Source: a virus (taxonomy: Duplodnaviria; Caudoviricetes). Taken from it: a stretch of DNA of 57,439 nt. Under the pieces are notes generated by a model that had not been told where the DNA came from, ran no database searches, and was given only the letters and a program-made list of their open reading frames with translations. Location of the stretch: positions 1 to 57,439 of IMG/VR virus record IMGVR_UViG_3300046737_000215; one strand, 5' to 3'. The position numbers and the translations under genes are program-made. Shown here one piece after another: positions 18,159-27,791 of this stretch. Each line of letters starts with the position of its first letter. The first letter of the stretch is position 1.

Positions 18159-20087
18159 TCGCTGAAGCGCCTCTACGTCGTCGGGCGAAAGGGGCTGCTC
18201 GACGCCGTCCGAGAACCGGTAAACGCGCTTTGCCGGGGTGCCGCCCGCCGGCGGGGCCGCGCCGCCCTTGGGCTCCTTCGTGAAGCGCATCTTTTGCATG
18301 TAGTTCGCGTAACCCTGCTGGGTGTCTGCGTACTGCTGACGGAGCTGGTTGTACGAGTCGCCGCGCTTGAAATACTCTTGCGGGTCCGCGGTGATACCCA
18401 TGAAGCGGTCGAACTCGCCAGCGTTAGGGGCGCCAGCGCCGGCCGCTTGGGTGCCCATCGGGACTGCCAGTACGCGCAACCGGTCGACGCGGGCTTTCAC
18501 GTTCGGGTCTGTCCAATCGAGCTTGTTGCTCTTGACTTGCTCCGCGATCTTGAGAAGTTCGCCTTGGACGTACTCTAGGTTCGCGACGGGTTTGACCTCG
18601 TCCGCCACCTTCGCAAGGATTTGCGGCGTCAACCCCGGTGGAGCGACCCAATCCTGGGGCGCCCACGGAGCTTCCTGGCCCTTGGCCGCTGCCGCTTCGA
18701 CCTTCGCGCGGTCTAGGTCGGCCTTAGCGCCCAGCGCGTTGGTCTCCGCGATCGTCTTCGGCTGCGACAAGAGCTCCGAGCCGAGCTTCGCTTCGGTGGT
18801 TTGGTTCTTGAGGTTCCTGGCGAGTACCCGGTGACCGACTGCGCCGTGGGACTTGGCGATATAGTCCGCCTCTTCTTGGGTCTTGGCGTTCGCGATGAGC
18901 GAGGTGACCTTGCGCTCGTATTCCGCTTGAGCGGCTTTTGCGCGGACTTGAAGCGTGTGGTCGACAAGCTCTTTTTGAAACCCCACACGGGCTTCTGCGA
19001 TGTTGTTTAGTTGCTGAGCCGTAGTGGCCTGCTTGGCGCCCTCCGCCAACGCCGAATCGAACTCAGCCACGGCGGCTTTGTGGACTGCCAGCGCCTTTTC
19101 GTCTTCGTCCGCGGCGTTTAGGCGGTCCATATTCAGCAACTTGCCCATACCGTCGAGGTGCTGCTTGCCGCCCTCAACGTCGCTCTTCCAGCGATTGAGC
19201 CGCACCGACATCGCCGGGCCAATGACGTTGGCAAGGATGTTGCCGGTGGCCTCTTTGCCGCCCGCTGCCGCAAACGCGCCGAGCAGCCCGAAGATGAGCT
19301 GCGACGTGTTGAAAGGCGGGTTGCCCATCTTCTCTTGGAGCTGCTTCTGCTCGTCTTGCCACTGCGCGCGGGTCTCTTCGAAACGCCTATGCTGCAAGTC
19401 TCCGCGCTCTTTGGTACCACGGATGTGCTCGGCGCCTTCGGTGGCAGAAGCTTCGTAGGTTTTGTGCCGCTGGGCGTCAGCTGCTTTGATAATGTCGCCT
19501 TTCTCGCCGAGAAGCTCGCCGCTGCGGACGTCCAATGCCGCCCGGTGGGCTTGAAGCTTGCGGGTCGGGTCAGACGGGTTGTGGGCCAGCGTCTCGATTT
19601 CGGGCTCGCGCGGCGGGGCTGGGGGCGCCGCGTGGCCCTGGCGGGTCAAGCCCAAGATATCCGCGTCGGTCGGCTTCTCGGCGGGGGCAAGCTCGCGCGG
19701 CGGGGCTTCGGTCGGCCTAGGCGCCGCTTCGCTGGCCGCCGCGGCGACTTGCGGAGACGCTTGACGCACGGCGCCGGCGGTCGCCTTGGGGCGCGGGGCC
19801 GACTCTTCGGCTACCGGCGGCGGGGTCGGCATTGGCTCGGGGGCGCTAGGCGCCGGGGGCGCGGGCTGACGAGTCGGCTCGGGGGCCGCCGGCTCTGCCG
19901 AACGCGAGTACGCGATAGGCGTCTGCATAGCCAACTTTGCGTACTCGTCTTCGAGGGCTGCCGGCGCGGCTGGCGCAGCGGGGGCCGGGGCAGCTTGCGG
20001 AGACATAGACATGGGGCCTTGGGCACCGAGTTGGTACGGGCTGCCCATGGCCCGTAGGGCCGCGTCGATTTCTTCTGGAGTCGGCAT
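18129..20087 (-). CDS. Internal virion/ejection protein
   Basis: 652 aa; Pro-rich N-terminus, coiled coil and a Gly-rich hydrophobic segment; positioned after the tail genes. Confidence 0.65.
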   Translation of the reverse strand: MPTPEEIDAALRAMGSPYQLGAQGPMSMSPQAAPAPAAPAAPAALEDEYAKLAMQTPIAYSRSAEPAAPEPTRQPAPPAPSAPEPMPTPPPVAEESAPRPKATAGAVRQASPQVAAAASEAAPRPTEAPPRELAPAEKPTDADILGLTRQGHAAPPAPPREPEIETLAHNPSDPTRKLQAHRAALDVRSGELLGEKGDIIKAADAQRHKTYEASATEGAEHIRGTKERGDLQHRRFEETRAQWQDEQKQLQEKMGNPPFNTSQLIFGLLGAFAAAGGKEATGNILANVIGPAMSVRLNRWKSDVEGGKQHLDGMGKLLNMDRLNAADEDEKALAVHKAAVAEFDSALAEGAKQATTAQQLNNIAEARVGFQKELVDHTLQVRAKAAQAEYERKVTSLIANAKTQEEADYIAKSHGAVGHRVLARNLKNQTTEAKLGSELLSQPKTIAETNALGAKADLDRAKVEAAAAKGQEAPWAPQDWVAPPGLTPQILAKVADEVKPVANLEYVQGELLKIAEQVKSNKLDWTDPNVKARVDRLRVLAVPMGTQAAGAGAPNAGEFDRFMGITADPQEYFKRGDSYNQLRQQYADTQQGYANYMQKMRFTKEPKGGAAPPAGGTPAKRVYRFSDGVEQPLSPDDVEALQRTGSKLELVE

Positions 20088-20491
20088 TATCCCCTCACCG
20101 AGTTAGCGCTCTTTGCGGCGCCCGCATAGTTGCCCATGTACAGATTCGCAACGGTTCCCACGATCCCGCTAATCTTGTCCATCCCGGACTTCTGACCAGA
20201 GCCATCATTCGACCCCAGCGCCTGGAGGCTGCCCTGGATGCCGTTCACGACGTCCGAGCCAGTGACGCCGTCTTCTTCGTCCTTCTTGGCCTCGGTTTCA
20301 ACGCCAGGCATGCCGGCGCCAGCCGACGTGTTGACTCGTGGCGGCGGGGCCGCCGACTCGGCAGCGGGCTTCGCCTCTGGGGTAGAGGCCTGCTGGGCGG
20401 CGGGCGCCGCGCCCAGCGTCGGGAGCTGATACGAGCTTCCGGTGGCTTGGAGCGCCTGATTAGTGGCGTAGGGGTCGTACTGGAAGGCCAT
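20087..20491 (-). CDS. Small internal virion/ejection protein
   Basis: Gly/Ala-rich amphipathic C-terminus; TATCCT-6nt-ATG. Confidence 0.55.
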   Translation of the reverse strand: MAFQYDPYATNQALQATGSSYQLPTLGAAPAAQQASTPEAKPAAESAAPPPRVNTSAGAGMPGVETEAKKDEEDGVTGSDVVNGIQGSLQALGSNDGSGQKSGMDKISGIVGTVANLYMGNYAGAAKSANSVRG

Positions 20492-20528
20492 TCCAAGAGG
20501 ATATCGCACTTGGGGCCAGAGCGGGCGG

Positions 20529-21884
20529 TTAGCCCCCGGGCATCAGGAACTTGGCGAGCATCGGGCGGTCTTCGGCGGCGCGGTCCTTTTGTGCCCCGTA
20601 CTTCGCCCCGAGGACGTCCGACTGATAGCCAAGGTCCGTGTGGGCTGCCTGAGTGGCGTTAGTGGCGTTGCCCGTCGCGACGTTGGCGCGCTGCGATTGG
20701 AGCTGCAAGTTCGACTGGTTGCTTTGGTTGGCGCGGGCCTGGGCCGCCTGCGCAGCCTGAGCACGAGCCGCTTGGTCGGCCGCCGCTGCTTGCGTGCCCA
20801 TCTGGGCTTGAGCCCCAGCAACGCCGAGTCCGGCTTGCGCCCGCGCGGCGGCGGCGGCTTCGAGACTGCCGGCGTTCTGCCCCGCGATGTTTAGCTGGTT
20901 GGTGCGCTCCTGGCCGGCAGCGCCCAGTCGAGTCTGGAGCCCAAGGTTCGCTGAGTCCACGGTCTCTCCGCGTGTCGCCATCGCCGCGGCGTACCGCTGC
21001 TGAGCGACTTGGTCGGCCAGCTGCAGGTTCTGCTGGGCCGCGAGGTCGCCCGACGCTGCGCCGGCCGACGCCAACGCTTGTTGCATCGCCAGCGCTCCGC
21101 CTTCGCCTTGTGCCGCCGCGAGCCCTTGGGCTTGCCGGTTAAGCATCTGGGTCGAGCGGTTCTGGTTCGCGGCGGCGTTTACTTGGTTGGCCGCGATGTT
21201 GGCCTCGGCGAGCGACCCGATGCTGGGGGCGGCGGCAAGCGCCGACTCGCGCTGGGCAAGAATGCTTTCGCCCGAGTCCCGGAGCGACCCGTTGTTGTAC
21301 GCCTGGTTGCGTTGGTCGAGTGCTGACTGGGCGCCTTGGGTGTACTCGTTGCTCGCGGTCGAGCCGGCGGCGCCAAGGCGGTTCGAGCCTTCGCGCGCGG
21401 CTTTGTTGATTTGGTCGATGGAGCTGTATGCCTCCATATCCCGGGTGTCCGCCGCGTAGCGGTCATTCCGGTAGTCACCTTCGGCGCTCTTCTGGGCGTT
21501 GCGGGCACTCTGGAGCTCTTCCTTGACGTACCCCGCCGCCGCCGAGCGCTGCGCGCGCGCCTCGCGAGAGTTCTGTTTGGCCTCCTCGTAGAGAGCGGCT
21601 TCTTCCTTCTGGCTGCCGCCGAGGGACTTATATTCCAGCGCCTTTTCGGTGCGCGCGTTCTTGCGCGCGGCGACGTTGTTGGCGATGCGCTCGATCGGGC
21701 CGCCTTTGAAGACCCCTTTGTACTTGCCTTTTTCCTTAACGCCGGCGGCCGTGGCCCCAGACTGGTCAAGAAGACTTTGAAGCTCCGAGTCTGAGATTTT
21801 CTTCCCGGGGTTCTCAGCCTGCCAGGCCGCTGCGAGCTGCTTGGCCTTTGCGACAGCCGCCATTTGTTCTTTTTGACTAGCCAT
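20529..21884 (-). CDS. Internal virion/ejection protein (Ala/Gln/Asn-rich)
   Basis: 451 aa low-complexity helical protein directly after the nozzle gene. Confidence 0.6.
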   Translation of the reverse strand: MASQKEQMAAVAKAKQLAAAWQAENPGKKISDSELQSLLDQSGATAAGVKEKGKYKGVFKGGPIERIANNVAARKNARTEKALEYKSLGGSQKEEAALYEEAKQNSREARAQRSAAAGYVKEELQSARNAQKSAEGDYRNDRYAADTRDMEAYSSIDQINKAAREGSNRLGAAGSTASNEYTQGAQSALDQRNQAYNNGSLRDSGESILAQRESALAAAPSIGSLAEANIAANQVNAAANQNRSTQMLNRQAQGLAAAQGEGGALAMQQALASAGAASGDLAAQQNLQLADQVAQQRYAAAMATRGETVDSANLGLQTRLGAAGQERTNQLNIAGQNAGSLEAAAAARAQAGLGVAGAQAQMGTQAAAADQAARAQAAQAAQARANQSNQSNLQLQSQRANVATGNATNATQAAHTDLGYQSDVLGAKYGAQKDRAAEDRPMLAKFLMPGG

Positions 21885-21923
21885 GCCCCTAGTCTAGCTC
21901 GTTCGGGCGGCCCCTAGCCCCGG

Positions 21924-24900
21924 TTACTTATAGGAGCCCTGTATTCGGGAAGCCTCGTGCACCTGAGCTTGGACGGTGTACCGGAAGGTGAGGCAAATCG
22001 GGGCTACGCCGTGCCTTACCGGCCACTCGTCATACGGCACTTCTGGGTCGGCTAGCGGCGCGGCCTCGGTGATGCGGACCTTTATCGCTTTCGTGTCTTG
22101 GCGCTGCGGGGAGACGTGGAGCGTGTAGCGGTCGTAGCCGCCGAGTAGGCCGAGGATTTCCGTCTCGGTCCAACTTCGCGAGGTGTAGCCGGTCGACGAC
22201 TCAGACTCTTCGTAGTTGGTGAACACCTCGACCGTGATGCCGTGGGCCGAGCCCCAGCGCGCCGAGAAGATGGTCTCGTGCAGCAACACGGAGTCTTGGA
22301 AGTCTCCGCCCAGCACAACCCAGTCGGTCTCCCAGCTCATATCCGCGTCGTATGACAAGGTCTCGGCGTCCATCGAGTAGAACGTCTGGGGCGGATCTCC
22401 CTCGACGTCTGGGTCGTTCGAGCCAACGATGAGCGTCGCGCCGGGGTCAAACCCGAGGGGGTGCACGAGTGAGCCCAGCGCGGGCGCGTCCCACATCGTC
22501 CACCGGTTGAGCGCGTAGTTGTGAACCTTCCACTCGCCATCGACCAGGAACGCCACCTCGTCTTGGTTCCGGAGCAACGTCGCTCCGGAAACGGGGGTCT
22601 CGGGCTGGACGCCTTGTAGGGCCGTGGGCTGCCCGCCCGCGAAGACGAAGAAGTCGCTACCGCGCTGGAAGTAGATCCCGGCCGGCGTCTGGATGACGGA
22701 CTCGCGAGACGTCGTGCCCACGTACGCCAGCAGCTGGGGCGCCGAGAATGAGCCGCCCGACGGGTTGCCGACTAGGTTGTCCGGCCCCGAGCCCGAGATG
22801 CCGTAAATGGCATATTCCGTGAACACCACCACGGAGCCTTGCCACTCTCGGACGGCCATCGTGCGTCCAGCGCCTGCCGGTAGGACGATTTCGTACGCGG
22901 GGTGGAACTCGAACCCGACACCGGCGATGCGGTGCTTTGAGTGAACGACGCGCGACCGCATTTCCGCGTCCAGGATCCAGCACCGATCGCCAATGATGGC
23001 GATGTCGTGCGCGGGCGGCGGCGGCTGGGGGGTCTGCTCCTCGTTGGCTGTGCCGCGCGAGTACAGCTGCTTTAGCGCCGTGTCGGGGTAGGATAAATCG
23101 CCGGCTAGCTGTACTATGTTGGCAAACGTGAAAGGCCGTTCCGGGAGAAGGTGCGCCGTCGCCCCGTTGGTCTCGGTCGTGTAGATAAAGGCGTCCAGGG
23201 TCGACTGGCGTTCGCCGTCCCGCATGGAAACCGGCCCGGTGATGTAGACTGTGATCGGTGTGCCTGTGCCCGTGAAGTTAACCACGGCAGGCGCCGTACG
23301 GTGCTCCAACCCCGAGGCGTCGTGCCACGTGTAGACGCAAGCCATCGAGTAGGCGCCCACGGGGTAGATGTCCCCGGTCCCGGCTCCGGCGTTAATGGTT
23401 ATGTGCGGCGCGTACAAGGGGCCGCCCATTTCGACGATTTCCGTGCCGTCCCATTGGACTGGCAACGCCGCCGCCACGTAGGCTGAGCCGTCCTTGTCGT
23501 GGGCCACTGGCGGCTGAAACGGGGCGAAATCCAACTCGACGAAGCGCACCGGATGGTCCGTTTGCAAGCTCGAGCCAACTGTGTCTTTGAGATAGGTTGC
23601 GTACAGCTTGGTGCCGTAGTTCAACGTTGAGTTGTTGAGGGGCATGGCTAGCCCGATGTATGCCGGGGCCAACGTGAAGCGCACGCACCCGTATCTGGCC
23701 ACGGGCGTGAACGACGTCAGGTCGCCGATCAAGTACACCGTCACCGAGGGGTCGACAACGTGGTCAGGGTGGTCAGGGGCTTGGGCGTCGATGCCATAGC
23801 GTGGCACCATATCAAACAGCGGGTACAGCTCGTCGTCGGCGAACCGAATGGTGGCGCCAGTGGAGCTTAACCCCATCCACGGTATGTACATCCGTTGGGT
23901 CAGCACGTTGGTGGTCATCGGGAGCGAGTACAAAATGCACCCGTTGTACGTAAGCGAGTCGAACGAGCCGTCCGTGTAGGAGTTCGCCACGATCAAGTGG
24001 GTTCCGAGCGCGGGCGTAGAAAGGAACTGAACCGCCGTATCCGAAAAACGGTCGGCGCCCCCGGAGGTGCTGTCGAAGTTTATAACCGCCAGAGTGGTGG
24101 GGTTTAGGATTGCCCCGGCGACGTAGTCCCCGGTGTACCCGTTCCAGCCAACCCCCACGTAGTGCGCGCCGTCTATCTTCTCGAAAACGATATCCGTGGA
24201 CCCGCCGCCGCCCATGGATAGAAAGGTAGCCGGAGATGTGACGACCGCGTAGGTGTTTACGTCGATGCGGTGCACCTTTCCCTCAAAGGGTGCCCCGCTC
24301 CGTTCCGTGGTGACGTACGCGTACTGCTCGAAGGTGCTGTCGGCAACGCCGTCCGCGCCGAAGGTCAACCCGGTGTCGATCCCCATGGCCGCGCCTGCGT
24401 TGATGGTTAACGCAAACATGACGGTGCCCGAGACCACGACGGTGTCTACCAAGGTCAACGCCGCCGACATGAGCTGCGTGTTTAAGGAGTACCAGATGCG
24501 AACCCCGCTGGCACCGTGCGCCGTCAGCCCCAGCCAAGGTTGGGTCGCGCCGTTGCGGAATACCACAACCGGGGGCGCAATGACTGCGCCATCTTGGTCA
24601 GATACCGTGACGAAAACGTCGCCGCCACCGATGGAGCCGTCCTTGGTATAGGCCAGGTACGCGGTCCAAATGTAGCCGGTCGTGTGGTCTAAGCAGGTGC
24701 TCGCGTAGTTGAGTGAAGCCGCGGACGGGACCGCGCCCGCCCGGGTGATTTGACACGGGATGTAGGAGTTCTGGGGGAGCGTTGGGTCCAAAGGCGACAC
24801 CAGCTGGCCAGTGCCCGGCAAGCCGATAATGCCCTCGGCCGTCAGCACCGAGTTGCCGGTCTGTCCCGGGCGTCGGAAGGTCACGACGTTGCGCCCGGCA

Positions 24901-25121
24901 GCCGCCGAGACCATCCCGTGGACCTCACCGCCCGACAGCGACGAGCCTTCGGACTGGTAGGGCGCGCGTACGCACGTCCCGCGCCGTTCCGACAATCGCG
25001 TATTACGCGACGCCCGGAGCGTGAGGCTGGCGCCTTGCGACGCCACTGGGCCGCCGAGTTCGGTAGAAGCTTGTTCGTCTACGCCGCCGTTAAGGAGCAC
25101 CGACACTTTCGACATGGCCAT
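21924..25121 (-). CDS. Tail nozzle/stabilisation protein (P22 gp10/T7 gp12-like position)
   Basis: 1065 aa, beta-rich; C-terminal propeller-like segments (VVVFTEYAIYGISG, GIYFQ, VHNYALNRW); synteny. Confidence 0.7.
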   Translation of the reverse strand: MAMSKVSVLLNGGVDEQASTELGGPVASQGASLTLRASRNTRLSERRGTCVRAPYQSEGSSLSGGEVHGMVSAAAGRNVVTFRRPGQTGNSVLTAEGIIGLPGTGQLVSPLDPTLPQNSYIPCQITRAGAVPSAASLNYASTCLDHTTGYIWTAYLAYTKDGSIGGGDVFVTVSDQDGAVIAPPVVVFRNGATQPWLGLTAHGASGVRIWYSLNTQLMSAALTLVDTVVVSGTVMFALTINAGAAMGIDTGLTFGADGVADSTFEQYAYVTTERSGAPFEGKVHRIDVNTYAVVTSPATFLSMGGGGSTDIVFEKIDGAHYVGVGWNGYTGDYVAGAILNPTTLAVINFDSTSGGADRFSDTAVQFLSTPALGTHLIVANSYTDGSFDSLTYNGCILYSLPMTTNVLTQRMYIPWMGLSSTGATIRFADDELYPLFDMVPRYGIDAQAPDHPDHVVDPSVTVYLIGDLTSFTPVARYGCVRFTLAPAYIGLAMPLNNSTLNYGTKLYATYLKDTVGSSLQTDHPVRFVELDFAPFQPPVAHDKDGSAYVAAALPVQWDGTEIVEMGGPLYAPHITINAGAGTGDIYPVGAYSMACVYTWHDASGLEHRTAPAVVNFTGTGTPITVYITGPVSMRDGERQSTLDAFIYTTETNGATAHLLPERPFTFANIVQLAGDLSYPDTALKQLYSRGTANEEQTPQPPPPAHDIAIIGDRCWILDAEMRSRVVHSKHRIAGVGFEFHPAYEIVLPAGAGRTMAVREWQGSVVVFTEYAIYGISGSGPDNLVGNPSGGSFSAPQLLAYVGTTSRESVIQTPAGIYFQRGSDFFVFAGGQPTALQGVQPETPVSGATLLRNQDEVAFLVDGEWKVHNYALNRWTMWDAPALGSLVHPLGFDPGATLIVGSNDPDVEGDPPQTFYSMDAETLSYDADMSWETDWVVLGGDFQDSVLLHETIFSARWGSAHGITVEVFTNYEESESSTGYTSRSWTETEILGLLGGYDRYTLHVSPQRQDTKAIKVRITEAAPLADPEVPYDEWPVRHGVAPICLTFRYTVQAQVHEASRIQGSYK

Positions 25122-25122
25122 T

Positions 25123-25431
25123 TCAATACACTCTCAATCGGACGGTTAGGTCGGCCAACGGGCCAACGAGGAGGGAAACGGTTAGGTGGGTCTGGGCGTC
25201 GGTGCCCGGCAGCGAGACGGCGGGCGCGCTGGCGGTCGAGGACTGGCCCACGACCGCCGCTCCGGTGAATGCGCGACCGAGGCCGTGCGGCACCGTCACG
25301 GACGTCTGGCCGGCGGGGATGACCAAGGTCAAGTCGACCGACCGGAAGAACGCCGAACGTTGCAGATCGCGAAGGAGCGACGCCGCCGTGAACACGGTCA
25401 ACGACGCTTGGCGCAGGAGCTCGTCCAGCAT
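25123..25431 (-). CDS. Small virion protein
   Basis: VTVPHGLGR motif seen in phage tail-associated proteins; coupled to flanking genes. Confidence 0.55.
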   Translation of the reverse strand: MLDELLRQASLTVFTAASLLRDLQRSAFFRSVDLTLVIPAGQTSVTVPHGLGRAFTGAAVVGQSSTASAPAVSLPGTDAQTHLTVSLLVGPLADLTVRLRVY

Positions 25432-26147
25432 TAGAAGCTCCAGGGGTCGCGTCGGGCGTTGCGGCCACGGCGCGACCGAACGTCCCGGATAGTCTCGGTG
25501 ACGTGCGGGTCGCGGGTCCGGGCTGCCGAGAAGAGGTTAGCCTCCAGCATCGCCTTTTCCTGAACGAAGACCTGAGCTTGGTCGTGGCGCCCTTGGGCGT
25601 TGAGAATCCACACCACGAGGTCCAGCGTCAGCCACCTGTCCGCATCAACGCGGCTAAGGAAGTCCGTCTGGCCCACTCCGCTCAAGTCCAAGTGGTTCGT
25701 GTAATACACGACCACCGTCTCGGCCACGGACGACGCCGGGAGGAACTGAAGCACGTTGCCCTGGATTTGGTAGTACGGCTTCGGGCCCTGAGCCCACGGC
25801 TGGAGGAGCTCGAGTTGGCCTTGCTCCAAGTCTTCGTGGGTCGCCGAGTCCATCAGCTGCCAGTTGCTGGACGAACGCACCCAGAGCACCGCGGATACCT
25901 CACCGCAGTTGACCGGCAGCGAGGCGAAGCCCACGCCGGCTTGGACCGCCAACGTTGCCTGCTGGATGAAATCCTTGTCCGCGCCGCGGAAGTGCTGGCG
26001 AAAGAGCGCGCTTAGGCTCCGGGCGGACTGGACCAGACGGTAAGTCACCTGAGCGGTGGTGACGTTGGTCGTCGAGGTGAACGTCGGGACGTTAGCCGTT
26101 CGGGCCACGTCTGCCAGGATTTCCGCCATTTGGAAGGTCGTTGCCAT
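25431..26147 (-). CDS. Head-tail adaptor-like protein
   Basis: Size, LPVNC..V and GPKPYYQIQGNVLQFLP motifs, position before the nozzle; TAACAT-6nt-ATG. Confidence 0.65.
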   Translation of the reverse strand: MATTFQMAEILADVARTANVPTFTSTTNVTTAQVTYRLVQSARSLSALFRQHFRGADKDFIQQATLAVQAGVGFASLPVNCGEVSAVLWVRSSSNWQLMDSATHEDLEQGQLELLQPWAQGPKPYYQIQGNVLQFLPASSVAETVVVYYTNHLDLSGVGQTDFLSRVDADRWLTLDLVVWILNAQGRHDQAQVFVQEKAMLEANLFSAARTRDPHVTETIRDVRSRRGRNARRDPWSF

Positions 26148-26153
26148 TGACAA

Positions 26154-26195
26154 ATGTTACGTCACGGGCCGTCCGGGCGGCCGGGGCGCTATTCT
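26154..26195. promoter_or_regulatory. Overlapping divergent GGCC-class promoters
   Basis: Minus: GGCCGC(26182-77)-17-TAACAT; plus: GGCCGT(26167-72)-17-TATTCT. Confidence 0.7.
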
Positions 26196-26240
26196 TTACC
26201 TAATCGCCCACGAGGGTGGGCCCTAACGTAAGGTTATTCT

Positions 26241-26618
26241 ATGGCGCTTCGCAGACATCTCAACACCTCCGGCCTCATCCCCAACTCGCTAATGGCAGCT
26301 TGCCGTTTCGTTCCCGGCGCCTCCACGGCCGCGATCGTGACGCAGGAACAATGGGGCATCAAGTCCATCACCCGTGACAGCACCGGCGTCTACACCATTG
26401 CCATCTTCGGCAAGGTGAAGGGCATGGTTGCCGTTGCAGTCGCTCAGTCCAACGACGTCACCGCGTACAACTTCGTCCGCGTTGAGTCGCAGTCGGATTC
26501 GGCCGGCACCGTGACGATCTCGCACAAAGCCGTCGCTTACGCGTCGGTGGCGACGGGCCCCTCGGTCTCGGATACGGTCGACGGCATCTGTGTGATGATC
26601 TACGGCCGGGGCGAGTAA
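26241..26618 (+). CDS. Putative virion decoration/fibre-like protein, inverted relative to the structural operon
   Basis: SITRDSTGVYTI motif; TAAGGT-6nt-ATG. Confidence 0.55.
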   Translation: MALRRHLNTSGLIPNSLMAACRFVPGASTAAIVTQEQWGIKSITRDSTGVYTIAIFGKVKGMVAVAVAQSNDVTAYNFVRVESQSDSAGTVTISHKAVAYASVATGPSVSDTVDGICVMIYGRGE

Positions 26619-26914
26619 TGGCTAAGACCACGCTGATGATCGGCATCGGTGCCCCTAAGAAGGGCGGCGAGATGGCCGAAGAGATGTCAGAGAAGATGCC
26701 CGGCATGGCGCCCGAGGAGTCCGAGATGGACCCCCGTACCGCTTCGGCGAAGGCCGTCATGTCGGCTATGAAGACCGGCAACGCCGCCAAGTTCGCGGAC
26801 GCGCTCGAAGAGTTCGTCATGAACCTCGTGGGCTCCGAGGACGAGCACGAAGGCGAGCGCGAGATGGAAGAGGCCGCTCCGAAGGCCGAAGGCGAAGAGC
26901 CCAGCCCGTTCTGA
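26618..26914 (+). CDS. Acidic Met/Glu-rich hypothetical protein
   Basis: TAATG coupling to the previous gene; strong codon bias. Confidence 0.7.
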   Translation: MAKTTLMIGIGAPKKGGEMAEEMSEKMPGMAPEESEMDPRTASAKAVMSAMKTGNAAKFADALEEFVMNLVGSEDEHEGEREMEEAAPKAEGEEPSPF

Positions 26915-26929
26915 TTCTAGCCGTTCCGT

Positions 26930-26973
26930 AAAAAGGGCCCGTTCTGCTTACCGCGGAACGGGCCCTTTACTTT
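26930..26973. terminator. Bidirectional intrinsic terminator
   Basis: AAAGGGCCCGTTCTGC-ttacc-GCGGAACGGGCCCTTT between convergent genes. Confidence 0.8.
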
Positions 26974-27001
26974 GGCCGTCCACTAGTAACGGACAAGGCG
27001 C

Positions 27002-27169
27002 TTAGCTGGACAGCCCGCACCAAATCAGCCCGGCTACCCCGACGACTAGCGCCAAGGCGCCTAGCCGGCCGTGGAGGACCGTCAGGGGGTCAGTCGCTTC
27101 GGCGAACACGAAGTCGATGCTGGGGACGAGGCCGATTAGGGCGAGGGCTAGGAAGGCGAGCTGGAGCAT
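27002..27169 (-). CDS. 55-aa two-TM membrane protein (holin-like candidate)
   Basis: MLQLAFLALALIGLVP...LGALALVVGVAGLIWCGLSS; TAATAT-6nt-ATG; too short to appear in the ORF track. Confidence 0.6.
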   Translation of the reverse strand: MLQLAFLALALIGLVPSIDFVFAEATDPLTVLHGRLGALALVVGVAGLIWCGLSS

Positions 27170-27173
27170 GTCT

Positions 27174-27719
27174 TTATATTACCTTAGGCGGGTAGTAGGT
27201 GGCGTGGTAGTTCTTCTTGGCGGAGTTGCAGGACTTGCAAAGCGGCTGGATGTTCCAAATCCAGTTGGTGCCACCCCAGCTCAACGGCACAATGTGGTCG
27301 ACGCTTAGCTTCTTGGGCAGACCACAGCAGCCGCAAAGCCAGCCGTACTCCGCCTTGCGGTCAGCCCACTCTTCGGTCGAGAACTCGCCGGGCGTGCCAA
27401 GAAGCAGTGCCTTGCGCTTGGCGGCGTAGGCCAGAATCTTATCGTGGTTGGCTCTCGACCACTCCCGGATGAAGGCGGTAATCTTCGGCCTGTTCCGGTC
27501 GTAGTAGCTCTTGCGCTCCGCTTTGACCTTCTCAGGTTCGCGCTGCTCCCTCGCCCTAACGGCGGCCCGGCGCTTCGCCTTGTCGCGCTGGTACCGGGCA
27601 CGGTCTCGCCTACGGTGCGCCTCAGGGTCTTTGGCTTTCGATGCCGCCTGGTAGTGCTTGTGGCACATACCTTTGCCGTAGAACTTCCCTGGGCAACCTT
27701 CTATGGAGCAGACTTTCAC
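27174..27719 (-). CDS. HNH endonuclease with an N-terminal Zn motif
   Basis: CSIEGC..GMCHKHY; CGCCG..VDHIVPLSWGGTNWIWNIQPLCKSCNSAK. Confidence 0.92.
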   Translation of the reverse strand: MKVCSIEGCPGKFYGKGMCHKHYQAASKAKDPEAHRRRDRARYQRDKAKRRAAVRAREQREPEKVKAERKSYYDRNRPKITAFIREWSRANHDKILAYAAKRKALLLGTPGEFSTEEWADRKAEYGWLCGCCGLPKKLSVDHIVPLSWGGTNWIWNIQPLCKSCNSAKKNYHATYYPPKVI

Positions 27720-27731
27720 AGCTCTAAACGT

Positions 27732-27762
27732 AACAAAACCCGCCTGCGTTAGCAAGCGGGTT
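27732..27762 (-). terminator. Intrinsic terminator after the capsid gene, overlapping a TTGCTA-17-TACGTT promoter for the HNH gene
   Basis: CCCGCTTGC-taac-GCAGGCGGG-TTTTGTT on the minus strand. Confidence 0.75.
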
Positions 27763-27791
27763 CAGTCGAGTTAAGCTAACTGCGCGTTATC

